Source of the DNA: a virus
Reading direction: 5' to 3' (one strand)
IMG/VR virus record: IMGVR_UViG_3300046697_000072
Length of the DNA: 64,000 nucleotides
The translations under genes and the position numbers were made by a program. The notes below the pieces were generated by a model. It saw only the letters and a program-made list of their open reading frames with translations. It searched no databases and was not told the origin of the DNA. Positions 42,531 to 52,131 of the stretch are shown in pieces (positions within the stretch are counted from its first letter, which is position 1; every line of letters begins with the position of its first letter).

Positions 42531-42773
42531 ATGAAGCACACAGTAGATCTAGTAGTGCAGTGCGATACCGTGGGCGACCTTTTGGACGCGCTTGCACAAA
42601 TCGCCAAAGACTCGCATACCAGCGACTTGCTTGACGCCTCGATTGACGGGCCGAACGGCGAGATATTCAACAGGTTCAAGATCGTTCGACGCACTTTGAG
42701 TGACAATTCCGAGGTGCTCGACTTTGAACTCATAGAAGAAGATCCCGGAGGTGATCCCGAAATCGTAACGTAG
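42531..42773 (+). CDS. hypothetical acidic protein, 80 aa
   Basis: ATG lies 3 nt after the upstream stop. Confidence 0.5.
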   Translation: MKHTVDLVVQCDTVGDLLDALAQIAKDSHTSDLLDASIDGPNGEIFNRFKIVRRTLSDNSEVLDFELIEEDPGGDPEIVT

Positions 42774-42889
42774 GCACAATACGGGGGCCGGACAGGGATT
42801 CCGGCCCATGGCGGCTTGCCCCACTTCCGGGTACGTTTCAAGATGCTCAAGTGCCGCTGGTAACTCAAACGGAGCACCGAAAAAACCTC

Positions 42890-42918
42890 TTGACATCGCA
42901 GCGCAAAACGGCTACGAT
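42890..42918 (+). promoter_or_regulatory. promoter AAAAAACCTCTTGACA-17-TACGAT-ATCACAG
   Basis: -35 at 42890-42895 and -10 at 42913-42918. Confidence 0.55.
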
Positions 42919-42953
42919 ATCACAGAGCAACAAAACACAGGAGCAAAACACCG

Positions 42954-44018
42954 ATGCAGGTAAACACAAAAGAGTTCGCCGCCGAGGTCGATTTCGCGGC
43001 GAGATTTATCGACAAGAAAAGCACCGTCCCGATTCTGGGCAATGTCGCCCTGATTGCCGAACCCGGCAAGATCGGACTGGCTGCAACCGACCTGGAGACC
43101 GCAGGGATCACCAGCGTCAAAACCAAAGGCAAAGGCGAGTGGTCCGTCTGTACCCCGGCTGGACTGCTGCTCAAGTATTTGCGGAAAGTCGAAGAGGAGT
43201 CCGTCGAACTGAACGCCAACGGCCCAATCCTGGAGATCACCCACGGACACGGCGGGAAAGTGACGATCAACGGGATGTCCACGGAGTCATACCCGGAGTT
43301 GCCAGCACCCAAAGCAACCGTCCAGTTGAAGAACCTGGCTTTCGCCTTACCCCGCGTGATGTTCGCCATCTCTGCGGAGGAGTCCCGGTTTACGCTGAAC
43401 GGGGCACTCATGGAGATCGGCGAAGCCGGTTCCCGGATGGTTGCCACGGACGGCCACCGGTTATCGCTGGTCGATCTGGACTGCGAACCGAAGGACAAGC
43501 TCAGGACGCTGATCCCGAAGAAAGCACTGTTCGAGGTCAACCGGCTCGTCAAAGAGAACACCACGGTCTGGTTTGGGATGGATGACAACCACCAGATTTT
43601 CATAACCGGGAAACGGGCGATTGTCTCGAAAAAACTGACCGGGAATTTCCCTGACTGGCAGAGAGTGATCCCGAACAACCCGCCTCACAAGATCGACATC
43701 CCGGTGCAGGCTCTTTCCAAGATCTTGGACCGGGTGGTCATATTCGCAGATGTCCGGGCCAAAGCAGTTAGGTTCTCGCTTCAGAAGGGCTGCTTGACGG
43801 TTTCGGCCATGGCCGTCGAGGTTGGTAACGCCTCCGGCCAAATCCCGGTCGCATGGGGCGGTGAATCCATGGAGTTTGAATTCCATCAGCCCTATATACA
43901 GGACATCCTGAAGCTGTGCGCCACCCCGAACACCGAGTGGCAGTTCACCGAGCCAAAGAATGCCTCGCTGTTCAGCATGGATGGCTGGGTGGGGGTAGTT
44001 ATGCCGATGCGTTTGTAG
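42954..44018 (+). CDS. dnaN: DNA polymerase III beta subunit (sliding clamp)
   Basis: 354 aa. VATDGHRLS, GNFPDWQRVIP and a C-terminal VVMPMRL. Confidence 0.9.
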   Translation: MQVNTKEFAAEVDFAARFIDKKSTVPILGNVALIAEPGKIGLAATDLETAGITSVKTKGKGEWSVCTPAGLLLKYLRKVEEESVELNANGPILEITHGHGGKVTINGMSTESYPELPAPKATVQLKNLAFALPRVMFAISAEESRFTLNGALMEIGEAGSRMVATDGHRLSLVDLDCEPKDKLRTLIPKKALFEVNRLVKENTTVWFGMDDNHQIFITGKRAIVSKKLTGNFPDWQRVIPNNPPHKIDIPVQALSKILDRVVIFADVRAKAVRFSLQKGCLTVSAMAVEVGNASGQIPVAWGGESMEFEFHQPYIQDILKLCATPNTEWQFTEPKNASLFSMDGWVGVVMPMRL

Positions 44019-44020
44019 TA

Positions 44021-44034
44021 GTGCAACGTTGGAC
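44021..44034. repeat. palindrome copy GTGCAACGTTGGAC
   Basis: Intergenic between dnaN and recT. Confidence 0.95.
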
Positions 44035-44049
44035 AAAGGAGAGCAATAC

Positions 44050-45939
44050 GTGAACGAACAAACGACCGCGCTGGTCCCTCAACAGGACATGAGCGCATTC
44101 ACGGAATATAACCGTGATCAAATCGAACTCGTCAAAGCCACAGTTTGTCGTGGCGCAACCGACGATCAGTTGAAGCTGTTTCTAACGGTGTGCAAACGGA
44201 CTCAGTTGGACCCGTTTGTGCATCAAATCTATGCCATCCAGCGAAAGAGCCGGGACGCATCCGGAAACTGGGTGCAGAATATGACAATCCAGACCGGCAT
44301 CGACGGGCTTCGCCTAGTAGCCCAACGTTCCGGCGAGTACCAAGGGCAGGAAGGCCCTTTCTGGTGCGGAGACGACGGCGTATGGAAGGATGTATGGCTA
44401 TCTCCAGATCCTCCCGCTGCCGCAAAGGTGGCCGTCTACCGCAAGGGATTCGTCAAACCAGTCTGGGGCGTGGCCCGATTCTGGGAATACGCTCAAACGA
44501 CCTCCAAGGACGGTAAGAAGTTCCTGACCGGACTTTGGAAAACGATGTACAGCAACCAATTGGCCAAGTGCTCCGAGGCCCTAGCACTCCGCAAAGCATT
44601 CCCCAATGAAAGCTCTGGCCTCTATATCCGGGAAGAAATGGATCAAGCTGGGCCTTCCACGATGGATGAACCTACCGCCGATGACCAGCGCCGGGTGGAT
44701 AAGGTTGCCGACGATATGGGGGGCTACAAGGTCGGGCTGAAGGCCGTCCCGAAGACCGGACCGGCCCCGGAGCCGCAACCCGATCCGGTGAAGACGGTCG
44801 AGGTGAGGGCCGAAGCGCCAGATCCTGCCCCGGAGCCCGTCAAGGATGAACCGAAGCCCGATCCGGTGATCGAGTTCTGGGTGTGCTCTATCTCCAAGAA
44901 GTCCGGTAAAGACGTGCCTACGCCGGTTGAAGGGGAAGTACCCCAGAATCGACAGGACACGGCCACACTACGCGCCCGGTCTTTGTGCAACGAGAAGGGC
45001 GTGACGTTCGTAGTAATCAAAACCCAGGACGGGAAGTTCGTCGATACGGTGTCGATCTGCAATCCCCTGTCTAAGCCCGCTCCGGCCCCTGCTGCTGCCC
45101 CGGCACCGGCTCCGGCCCCAACACCCAAGCCGGTGGCTACCGGCGATCCCAAGGCCGCTGCGGAGACGATCAAGGCCCGGTTTAACGAGTTCGCGGCCCT
45201 GCTGGACCTGCCGGGTAAGACGGCCATTACGCGGTTCAAGGCGTTCGTGGCCGGTTACATGGGGATTAACCTGAAGGATCTCCCCAACAGCCCCCTGGAA
45301 TGGCTGGAAGCTGTCGAGGAACTGGGGTATAGCCTGGGATACGACCCGAACGAGTTCCGTTCCGGCCCGGAGTCTGCCGGCAAGCTGGCTCACCAGCGCC
45401 GGTTAGAGATTATGGGGTACATCCAGAAAGAATGGAAGGACAGCCAGACTCAGACCTTGGCTCTGGAGGTGGCCCGTAAGTACGGATATAGGGTCAGTGA
45501 CTTCCAGAAGTGGGCTGAGTTCATTGGGCTGGAGCCCAAACTAGCAGAGGATGGTGCCTATCACTCTCTGTCTACCAAAGATGCCAACGCTTTCCTCCGG
45601 GCCTTCAAAGTCACCCGCGAGGCCGGTATCCTGCCAAAACTGGCGAAGGATCACAACCTGGAGGTCTCCGCGATCATCGATCAGATCGAACAGCGCGGCC
45701 TGAAATGCAAGCTGGAGGAGTCCACGCCGGGCGACGTGGAGAACGCCATCAAGGGGTTCACGCTGGCCGTCAGGGAGGAAGCGAAAGCCGCCGCCGCCCC
45801 TACTCCGGTCTCGCCCTCAGCCCCAGTGAACGAGCCTTCTGGGACCGAGCCGCCAGCAGCCGAGGGTGGACCCGAAGCAGACGGATCTGGCGAGGAATCG
45901 GACGAAGGGCAAGATAACATCTTTGCGAGTCTGTTCTGA
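44050..45939 (+). CDS. recT: RecT/Bet-family single-strand annealing protein with a roughly 400-aa C-terminal extension
   Basis: N-terminal ..QIELVKATVCRGATDDQLKLFLTVCKRTQLDP..TGIDGLRLVAQRSGEY..ALRKAFPNE. GTG at 44050 follows AAAGGAGAG. Pro/Ala-rich linker. Confidence 0.75.
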   Translation: MNEQTTALVPQQDMSAFTEYNRDQIELVKATVCRGATDDQLKLFLTVCKRTQLDPFVHQIYAIQRKSRDASGNWVQNMTIQTGIDGLRLVAQRSGEYQGQEGPFWCGDDGVWKDVWLSPDPPAAAKVAVYRKGFVKPVWGVARFWEYAQTTSKDGKKFLTGLWKTMYSNQLAKCSEALALRKAFPNESSGLYIREEMDQAGPSTMDEPTADDQRRVDKVADDMGGYKVGLKAVPKTGPAPEPQPDPVKTVEVRAEAPDPAPEPVKDEPKPDPVIEFWVCSISKKSGKDVPTPVEGEVPQNRQDTATLRARSLCNEKGVTFVVIKTQDGKFVDTVSICNPLSKPAPAPAAAPAPAPAPTPKPVATGDPKAAAETIKARFNEFAALLDLPGKTAITRFKAFVAGYMGINLKDLPNSPLEWLEAVEELGYSLGYDPNEFRSGPESAGKLAHQRRLEIMGYIQKEWKDSQTQTLALEVARKYGYRVSDFQKWAEFIGLEPKLAEDGAYHSLSTKDANAFLRAFKVTREAGILPKLAKDHNLEVSAIIDQIEQRGLKCKLEESTPGDVENAIKGFTLAVREEAKAAAAPTPVSPSAPVNEPSGTEPPAAEGGPEADGSGEESDEGQDNIFASLF

Positions 45940-45950
45940 GGAGATACATC

Positions 45951-46283
45951 ATGGGAAACAACGCAGCGTTTACAAGTTTTGAAGCGTCGGTAATCGCCGT
46001 CTACAACAGGGGCGTTCTCGACAAGGAACTGCTCGATGCTCTGGCCGCTCCCTACGAGGGCATGGACATCGACCGGGGCGGCATGGAAGGCACGCTTACC
46101 AAGGACGGCCTGGACATCGACGGGGTGATCTGCAAGGTGTACGGCATCGTGCTGGCACCGTATCCTGACATCCCGAAGGACTGGCGCGAACAGACACCCG
46201 AGCAGCAGGACCTCAACGATGAATGGGTGGAAGCCAAGTACGAGGCCATCCACAAGATCCAAGAGAAGTGGGGCTGGGGGTAG
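45951..46283 (+). CDS. hypothetical protein, 110 aa
   Basis: SD GAGGAG. Confidence 0.5.
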   Translation: MGNNAAFTSFEASVIAVYNRGVLDKELLDALAAPYEGMDIDRGGMEGTLTKDGLDIDGVICKVYGIVLAPYPDIPKDWREQTPEQQDLNDEWVEAKYEAIHKIQEKWGWG

Positions 46284-46286
46284 GCC

Positions 46287-46961
46287 GTGTCCAACGTTGA
46301 ACTAACGTACAACGCCGAGAAGCACGAATACCGAATCGGGGGCCGAAAGGCCCCCGGCATAACGACCGTGCTTTCGGCCATGTCGTACTATCCCTCTCAG
46401 GGGCACTACACGGATGAGAGCCGCAGGCGTGGAACGGCAGTACACCACGCCTGCTACCTCCTGGACGAGCACTGCCCCCAGGCAACCACGGTCGATGAGG
46501 CCCTGGAAGTCCTGGACCTGGACGACCGCCTGATCCCCTACATGCAGGGGTACTTGGCTTGGAAACGGGAGAGCGGGTTCATCCCTCAGAGGCATGAGTT
46601 TCAGGTTTGCTCTGCCAAGCTGAACATCGCGGCCACACCGGACCTGTACGGGATATTCCCCGGACCATGCGGAGGTGTGGTTGAACTGAAGACTTGGAAA
46701 GCCGCCCCGCCGAAGTGCCAGCGATCCGCTGAACTCCAGACCGCCGCGCAAGCCTTGATGATCGAAGAATACCTGGGGCTCCCGGTCGAGCGCCGGGTGG
46801 TGGTGGCGTTGACCGGGAACCCGGATCACCCACACCGGGCTTACGTCTGTGACCGGCCCGGAGACAAGAACATCGTAGCGTTCCTGGCACACGTGTTCTG
46901 GGACCGCGTTAACTCCCGGTTGCTGGAATGGACCGGGGAGGAAGAGGAGGATGAAGAATGA
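46287..46961 (+). CDS. PD-(D/E)XK family exonuclease (RecT partner candidate)
   Basis: ATPDLYG...GGVVELKTWK fits a D..ExK motif. Adjacent to recT. Confidence 0.6.
   Translation: MSNVELTYNAEKHEYRIGGRKAPGITTVLSAMSYYPSQGHYTDESRRRGTAVHHACYLLDEHCPQATTVDEALEVLDLDDRLIPYMQGYLAWKRESGFIPQRHEFQVCSAKLNIAATPDLYGIFPGPCGGVVELKTWKAAPPKCQRSAELQTAAQALMIEEYLGLPVERRVVVALTGNPDHPHRAYVCDRPGDKNIVAFLAHVFWDRVNSRLLEWTGEEEEDEE
46289..46302. repeat. palindrome copy GTCCAACGTTGAAC
   Basis: Overlaps the start codon at 46287 (VSNV..). Confidence 0.95.
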
Positions 46962-47278
46962 TATCTGATAGAAGAAACTTAAATGTCGTTCCATCAGAGT
47001 TGCCCTGCGGGGCGCACCTACTGGCCGTGGCCTACGGGACAGGTAAGGACGACTACCTAGCGGTAGTTCTTGGGTTCATCCCCGCCGAAGAAGGGATGCG
47101 GGAGAAGTGGGTGACCTGGATTTGGAACTCCGACCCCGGTTGTTTCGGGTTTGGGGATGGCCACTATATGAACCTGGGAGAAACTGGCTGGGCAAACTTT
47201 TGCGAGCGATCCAAGGAGTTCGTGCTGAAGGCAATTCTCTGGGACGAAGTTGGGCTGTTAAGGGGGACGGGTGTATGA
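46958..47278 (+). CDS. hypothetical protein, 106 aa
   Basis: ATGA coupling. Confidence 0.5.
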   Translation: MISDRRNLNVVPSELPCGAHLLAVAYGTGKDDYLAVVLGFIPAEEGMREKWVTWIWNSDPGCFGFGDGHYMNLGETGWANFCERSKEFVLKAILWDEVGLLRGTGV

Positions 47279-47424
47279 ACGAAGAACGAGACTTCACGCT
47301 TGAGGAATTGCGTGATTTGAAGATCGCAGTAACACGGGCTATGGACACAACGCGCCCAAGCGAAACTGAGTTGTACGACCGATTTGAGGCGCTATACCAG
47401 AAGCTAAGAAATCTGGGGGCCTGA
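47275..47424 (+). CDS. hypothetical protein, 49 aa
   Basis: ATGA coupling. Confidence 0.4.
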   Translation: MNEERDFTLEELRDLKIAVTRAMDTTRPSETELYDRFEALYQKLRNLGA

Positions 47425-47427
47425 ATT

Positions 47428-47781
47428 ATGAGGACCGAGAAGCAGGTTTTGACCCCCATGACCGTAACCGAATGGCGGGCGGAGGCCGTAAGGCGTTTCG
47501 GCCCTGATCCGATGAATTGGCGCTTCATCTGTCCAGTCTGTCACCACGTAGCTTCGGTGTCCGACTGGAAGAACGCCGGTGCCACAGAGGGTGAGGCTGC
47601 CTTCTCTTGCGTCGGGCGGCGCACTGGAGGCCGTCAGGCATTTGAAGAGAAAGGTGTCGGCCCATGCAACTACGCTGGAGGAGGGCTCTTTCGGCTCAAC
47701 CCCCAACCCGTCATTAACGAAGATGGAAAGACACATCACGTGTTTGCCTTCGAACCGGAAGAAGAGGAGGCCGAAGAATGA
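47428..47781 (+). CDS. conserved phage CxxC protein, 117 aa
   Basis: FICPVCHH...FSCVGR.. pattern. Confidence 0.5.
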   Translation: MRTEKQVLTPMTVTEWRAEAVRRFGPDPMNWRFICPVCHHVASVSDWKNAGATEGEAAFSCVGRRTGGRQAFEEKGVGPCNYAGGGLFRLNPQPVINEDGKTHHVFAFEPEEEEAEE

Positions 47782-47877
47782 TCACCGAGAATCACACGTG
47801 CGAAGAGAGGGTCTTCCGTAATTGGAGAGAGCATACCTGCGGGATAACCGCCCGGTTTGAGCACGGAGGAAGGGATT

Positions 47878-48126
47878 GTGCTTCGCCCGCGCGGATTCGG
47901 CCAAGTCAGTATTCGTACCGGCTCTGGCCTGACAATAACAACCGACACGAAAGACTTGGAGGTTATCCCTGAGGACCTAAGCCAACAGCACTTGGTCCTC
48001 AGGAAATCACCGAACGAAGTAATTCCATTCAACCTTGCGGCACACGAGTTTCAATCCACGCCCGGACATCCGGGCGAACTACAGACTGATTGTACCACAA
48101 CAAAGGAGCGTAAAAACACGTTATGA
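47878..48126 (+). CDS. hypothetical protein, 82 aa
   Basis: GTG follows GGAGGA. Overlaps the alternative ORF 47778-47972. Confidence 0.4.
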   Translation: MLRPRGFGQVSIRTGSGLTITTDTKDLEVIPEDLSQQHLVLRKSPNEVIPFNLAAHEFQSTPGHPGELQTDCTTTKERKNTL

Positions 48127-48872
48127 CACCGACTGAGGTAATCCCCTTCGATCTTGTCGCTCATGAGAAGGCCGCAGTCCGGCTGACGGAAGGCACCAAC
48201 ATGTCAGCCTTACAGGCTACTGCCAAGAGCTTGCAGGTCACCGACGAAGAATCCAACGTGGAGTGCCTGGGACTCAGGAACGCCTGCGCCACAATCGAGA
48301 AGCGAATCACCGACTACTGGGCTCCGCTGGCCGACATGGCAAACAAGCTCCACAAAGCCATCACCGGCAAACGCGGGCAGATGACCAAACCGTGGACCGA
48401 TCTCAAGGACGCCTTCACCAGCAAGAGCGAGAAGTTCATCATGGATCAACGCGCCGCCAAGCGCCGGGAAGAGGAAGCTCTCGCCCGGATCGAAGCTCAG
48501 CGCAAACGGGAACTGGAACAGGAAGCCGACGCACTGCTGTCACGCGGCTACGTGGAAGCGGCCCAAGCCAAGATCCAGCAGGCCGAGATCACGGACATGC
48601 CAACCCTGCCGGATGCCGTAGGAAAGATCGAGGGCTCCCGGATCGGCACGACCTGGAAGGCGGAAGGCGCGGACCTGATCGGCACCATGCGGGCGATTGT
48701 GGCCGGGCAGATCCCGATCCTGTGGGACAACGGCAAGGGTGAGCAGGAGCCGATCCTGGTCTACAACCAGCAGGTGCTCAACGCCATTGCCAAGCGGTCT
48801 CAGGGCAGTCTCAAGATCCCCGGCGTGAAGTTCATCGAGGGAGTTCGGATCGGCGCAGCGCGTCTAGGATAA
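48123..48872 (+). CDS. hypothetical protein, 249 aa
   Basis: ATGA coupling. Its N-terminal EVIPFDLVAHE duplicates the C-terminal region of the upstream ORF. Confidence 0.55.
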   Translation: MTPTEVIPFDLVAHEKAAVRLTEGTNMSALQATAKSLQVTDEESNVECLGLRNACATIEKRITDYWAPLADMANKLHKAITGKRGQMTKPWTDLKDAFTSKSEKFIMDQRAAKRREEEALARIEAQRKRELEQEADALLSRGYVEAAQAKIQQAEITDMPTLPDAVGKIEGSRIGTTWKAEGADLIGTMRAIVAGQIPILWDNGKGEQEPILVYNQQVLNAIAKRSQGSLKIPGVKFIEGVRIGAARLG

Positions 48873-48885
48873 CAGGAGAATAACC

Positions 48886-49107
48886 ATGGAAAACAGAACA
48901 GCACTCGAATCAAGCAATCTGCATAGCGCCGGATGGGAATCCGGCATTCTCGAAGTCGCGTTCCGAGACAAAACCGGGGCTGTCCGGGCCGTGTGGCAGT
49001 ACTCGGCACCCAAGGAAGCCTACGACGGCCTGATTGCCGCCGAAAGTTCCGGGAAATACTTCAACTCTTCCATCAAGGGCGTCTTCGACGGACACCGGGT
49101 TGACTAG
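48886..49107 (+). CDS. KTSC-domain protein
   Basis: S.L.SAGWESGILEVAF..G..Y.Y..P...Y..L..A.S.GKYFN..IKG pattern. Confidence 0.55.
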   Translation: MENRTALESSNLHSAGWESGILEVAFRDKTGAVRAVWQYSAPKEAYDGLIAAESSGKYFNSSIKGVFDGHRVD

Positions 49108-49109
49108 CC

Positions 49110-49355
49110 ATGTCCAACGTTGCACTGACCATACAGGAGCGGATCAATCTGGTCCGCTCCGCGATTGAGAAAATCCGGGATGCTGAAGCCCAGTTGAAGG
49201 AGTTCGGTTGTACGAGTTCCGAGAAGCCTTTCTTCGATCTGGTTAAGCGAGCTGAGGCTAGGGGCCGTCTCGAAGCCGCCCGATACAATTGGCGCGGACA
49301 ATGGTCCAACGTCGAAGTCATCTTGCAGGAAGGTCTGAGAGAGGAGCTGCGGTAA
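49110..49355 (+). CDS. hypothetical protein, 81 aa
   Basis: Start MSNV lies inside a palindrome copy. Confidence 0.5.
   Translation: MSNVALTIQERINLVRSAIEKIRDAEAQLKEFGCTSSEKPFFDLVKRAEARGRLEAARYNWRGQWSNVEVILQEGLREELR
49112..49125. repeat. palindrome copy GTCCAACGTTGCAC
   Basis: Overlaps the start codon at 49110 (MSNV..). Confidence 0.95.
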
Positions 49356-51125
49356 GTGGGGCTGCGACCGTATCAGCAGGAGGCAATCCAGAGCATACAG
49401 GACGAGTTCTCCCATGGGATCTCCCGGCAACTGGTCGTGATGGCCACGGGATTGGGAAAGACGGTCGTAGCTGCCCACGTTCCGCACTTCATGCCGAAAC
49501 GTAAGCGGGGAATGTTCATCGTACACCGGAACGAACTTTGCCTACAGGCCCAACGTCAGTTTGAGAAACACAATCCCGAACTGAAGGTCGGAGTGGAACG
49601 AGCGGAATACCGAGCCGGTGATGCCGACATTGTGATCGCCTCTGTCCAGACCATCGGCAAGATGAACGGAGACGGCAAACCCGGTGACCGGCTCAAGCAG
49701 TTCCGGCCCGATGATTTCTCGTGGGTCATCTGTGATGAAGTTCACCACGGGACCTCGGACACGTACCGGGCGATCTTCCGGCACATGCGGGTTCTGAAGG
49801 GGGAGCCGGACTGTAACGAATTCAAGCTGTTCTGCGGCATAACCGCGACTCCAAACCGTTCAGATTCGATAGGGTTGGAGTGCCTGTTCGACAAGATAAC
49901 CGTAGTCAACGACATCCGATTCGGAGTCCGGGAAGGCTGGTTGTCTCGTATTCATTGCAACGTAGTGGAGACGGAAATAGATCTCAGCCGCGTTCACATT
50001 ACTGCCGGGGACTTCAACGCGGCGGAACTCAGCGCAACCGTGGATACTCCCACCAGGAATGAACTGATCGCGCAAGAGTACTTGAAGAACCGGCCAGACG
50101 GGCCATCGTTCTTCTTTGTTGTCGATATAAACCACGCCCATAATCTCTCGGAAGTCTTACGCGGGCACGGGATACGCACCTATGCCATCTCTGGGAAGAC
50201 TCCGGAAGATGAGTGCCGCCGCTTCATGAAGATGATCAATGAGGGATCGATAGACGGGCTGGCCTCCGCAGGTAAGTTGAACGAGGGCGTTGACGCTCCC
50301 AGGGTTTGCGCAGCTTGGATGTGCAGGCCGACAAAGAGCCAACTCCTCTATCAGCAGATGGTGGGCCGAGTTTTGAGGCCATTCCCCAGTCCGGAAGACC
50401 TACAGGCGTTGTCCAACGTTGGACAGGCCCCGGCATGGGTCAAGCCCTTTGCGTCCATCACGGACTTCGTAGACATCTGCGGGAGGCACAGCTTATGCAC
50501 AACCCCGACTCTGTTCAGCCTTCGGCACAAGTTTGACGCGAAGCGCAAGGATATCATCGAAGCCGTTGAAGAGATCGAGGCGTTGGAGGCCGAGCACCCC
50601 GGTCTGGACTTGCGGAGCGCCCCGAACCTGGACGCGATCAAGACCTCGCTGCACCGGCTGGATCTTCTTGCTACCCCAACCACTCCGCCCGAGCTTCGCA
50701 AGATCAGCAAGTTCGTATGGCTGAAAGAGCAGGAAGATTCTTTCCACCTGGGGCTTATGGATGGGGCGCTTTTATCAGTGCGCGTGAACACCCTTGGCCA
50801 GTGGGATGTCTACCGCCACATGAAGGGTATCCGGACCAAACTCTGGGTGGCACACGATCTCAAGGAGGCCGTGCAGAAGGCCGAAGAGGAGATCCCCTCA
50901 AGGGAGGCTCGAATCCTCTCTGCCGAAGCTGGCTGGCGTCGAGAGGGGCCTACCGAAAAACAAGCGGCACGATTGATTATGCGGGACCACAAGCTCCGTC
51001 AGGAGTTCGGTAACTCCGAAAATCTGTACGCTTTCCTGTGTGACCGGTTTGAGCATGGAGATCTATCCGCGTCACGCGGAAATATATCCGCCCGCATCTC
51101 GTCACTTGAGGAAGCAAGACGTTAG
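49356..51125 (+). CDS. SF2 DEAD/DEAH-box (ResIII-type) helicase
   Basis: LRPYQQEAI, MATGLGKT, DEVHH, TATP and QMVGRVLR motifs. Confidence 0.85.
   Translation: MGLRPYQQEAIQSIQDEFSHGISRQLVVMATGLGKTVVAAHVPHFMPKRKRGMFIVHRNELCLQAQRQFEKHNPELKVGVERAEYRAGDADIVIASVQTIGKMNGDGKPGDRLKQFRPDDFSWVICDEVHHGTSDTYRAIFRHMRVLKGEPDCNEFKLFCGITATPNRSDSIGLECLFDKITVVNDIRFGVREGWLSRIHCNVVETEIDLSRVHITAGDFNAAELSATVDTPTRNELIAQEYLKNRPDGPSFFFVVDINHAHNLSEVLRGHGIRTYAISGKTPEDECRRFMKMINEGSIDGLASAGKLNEGVDAPRVCAAWMCRPTKSQLLYQQMVGRVLRPFPSPEDLQALSNVGQAPAWVKPFASITDFVDICGRHSLCTTPTLFSLRHKFDAKRKDIIEAVEEIEALEAEHPGLDLRSAPNLDAIKTSLHRLDLLATPTTPPELRKISKFVWLKEQEDSFHLGLMDGALLSVRVNTLGQWDVYRHMKGIRTKLWVAHDLKEAVQKAEEEIPSREARILSAEAGWRREGPTEKQAARLIMRDHKLRQEFGNSENLYAFLCDRFEHGDLSASRGNISARISSLEEARR
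50411..50424. repeat. palindrome copy GTCCAACGTTGGAC (perfect 14-mer)
   Basis: Inside the helicase CDS. Confidence 0.95.
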
Positions 51126-51175
51126 AACCCTGAACACGGCCGGTGGCGTTACGCCCGGCCACTGAAAGGAGAATC

Positions 51176-51403
51176 ATGGAACGTGTAGAGGTAACAAACG
51201 GATTTTTGGGGATCTGCCACATGCAGGTTTGTGCGGTGGCCGATGCTACCGACGATGAAATCCTGGAGGTGTGCGACTCGCGTAACCCCTCAGGAACATC
51301 GAACGGATGGTGCCACGTAATCAGAGAATCGGAACATCCGAACATGCAGCCGGTAGCCTGCAAGGAACACCCGGAGCGAAAGCATTTCCTGGTGGCCTGC
51401 TAA
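51176..51403 (+). CDS. hypothetical Cys-rich protein, 75 aa
   Basis: SD AAAGGAGAATC then ATG. Confidence 0.5.
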   Translation: MERVEVTNGFLGICHMQVCAVADATDDEILEVCDSRNPSGTSNGWCHVIRESEHPNMQPVACKEHPERKHFLVAC

Positions 51404-51540
51404 TGACCGAGGCCTTGCAATCCCTCACCGCCCGGGCCATCGACCACTGGCCCGGCATACTGGTGCCCATCGTTCTGTTGGGCTTCATTGGGATGGTATG
51501 GACGGCTACGGTGTGGGCATTCAGGAGAAAACAACGATGA
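51403..51540 (+). CDS. small membrane protein, 45 aa
   Basis: TAATG coupling and a hydrophobic core. Confidence 0.4.
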   Translation: MTEALQSLTARAIDHWPGILVPIVLLGFIGMVWTATVWAFRRKQR

Positions 51541-51612
51541 CATACGAATTTCGCAGTAACGGACGGCCCGAGATCGAGCACTTCGACACCAAGGTCAGGA
51601 GTTTGACGATTG

Positions 51613-51936
51613 ATGGATAAAATAACCCCGCTGTGGCGGTCTTACGAATATGGCTTGCGGAATGGTTGGGGACAGCACCCGACTAAGGGCGCTGCGCTGC
51701 TGGACTCCGCCGCGCGCTCCCTGGTGGACGGCGAACCGGTCCTGGCGACTCCTAAGGAGATTTCCGAGGCCCTGGGAACCAATCCGTCGATTATGGGTAT
51801 GTGCCCATTCTGTGGCGCACATCCGCTGACTCCCTTTTGTGGCCCGAGATGCCGTGCGGAGCATTCTCCCGATTGCGAGGCACTGGAGGGAAGCCATCAG
51901 TGGGTGAAGGACAGGGAGGCCGCTTGTGGCCTGTAG
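51613..51936 (+). CDS. hypothetical protein, 107 aa
   Basis: Last ORF of the rightward block. Confidence 0.45.
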   Translation: MDKITPLWRSYEYGLRNGWGQHPTKGAALLDSAARSLVDGEPVLATPKEISEALGTNPSIMGMCPFCGAHPLTPFCGPRCRAEHSPDCEALEGSHQWVKDREAACGL

Positions 51937-52106
51937 AATATGCGGTCGAGGAGCGTGTACCGAATCCTTCCATTCGATCCAAGATCAGGAAGAGTGGCAA
52001 ACGAAGACGGGCCGGTATGCCCCCGAAGATACAGAGGATACCCAGCACCGCGAGCAGGACGCCGCTGCGATTCTGGTAGAGCGGGCGGAGGAAATCGGAG
52101 AGAATC

Positions 52107-52123
52107 GGTGAGGCTACCTCACC
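52107..52123. terminator. hairpin GGTGAGG-CTA-CCTCACC at the convergence point
   Basis: Perfect 7-bp stem 9 nt past the stop of the 1226-aa gene. Confidence 0.4.
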
Positions 52124-52131
52124 ACTCCCCG

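Noticed and set aside
47778-47972. 64-aa ORF ATGA-coupled to the upstream gene but overlapping 47878-48126 by 95 nt.
   Set aside because: Codon bias does not separate the two frames. I kept the ORF with the better SD and left this one unresolved.
51940-52110. Possible small membrane ORF on the minus strand in the convergent gap.
   Set aside because: No start codon with an SD in the hydrophobic frame. It lies inside a 207-aa junk ORF.
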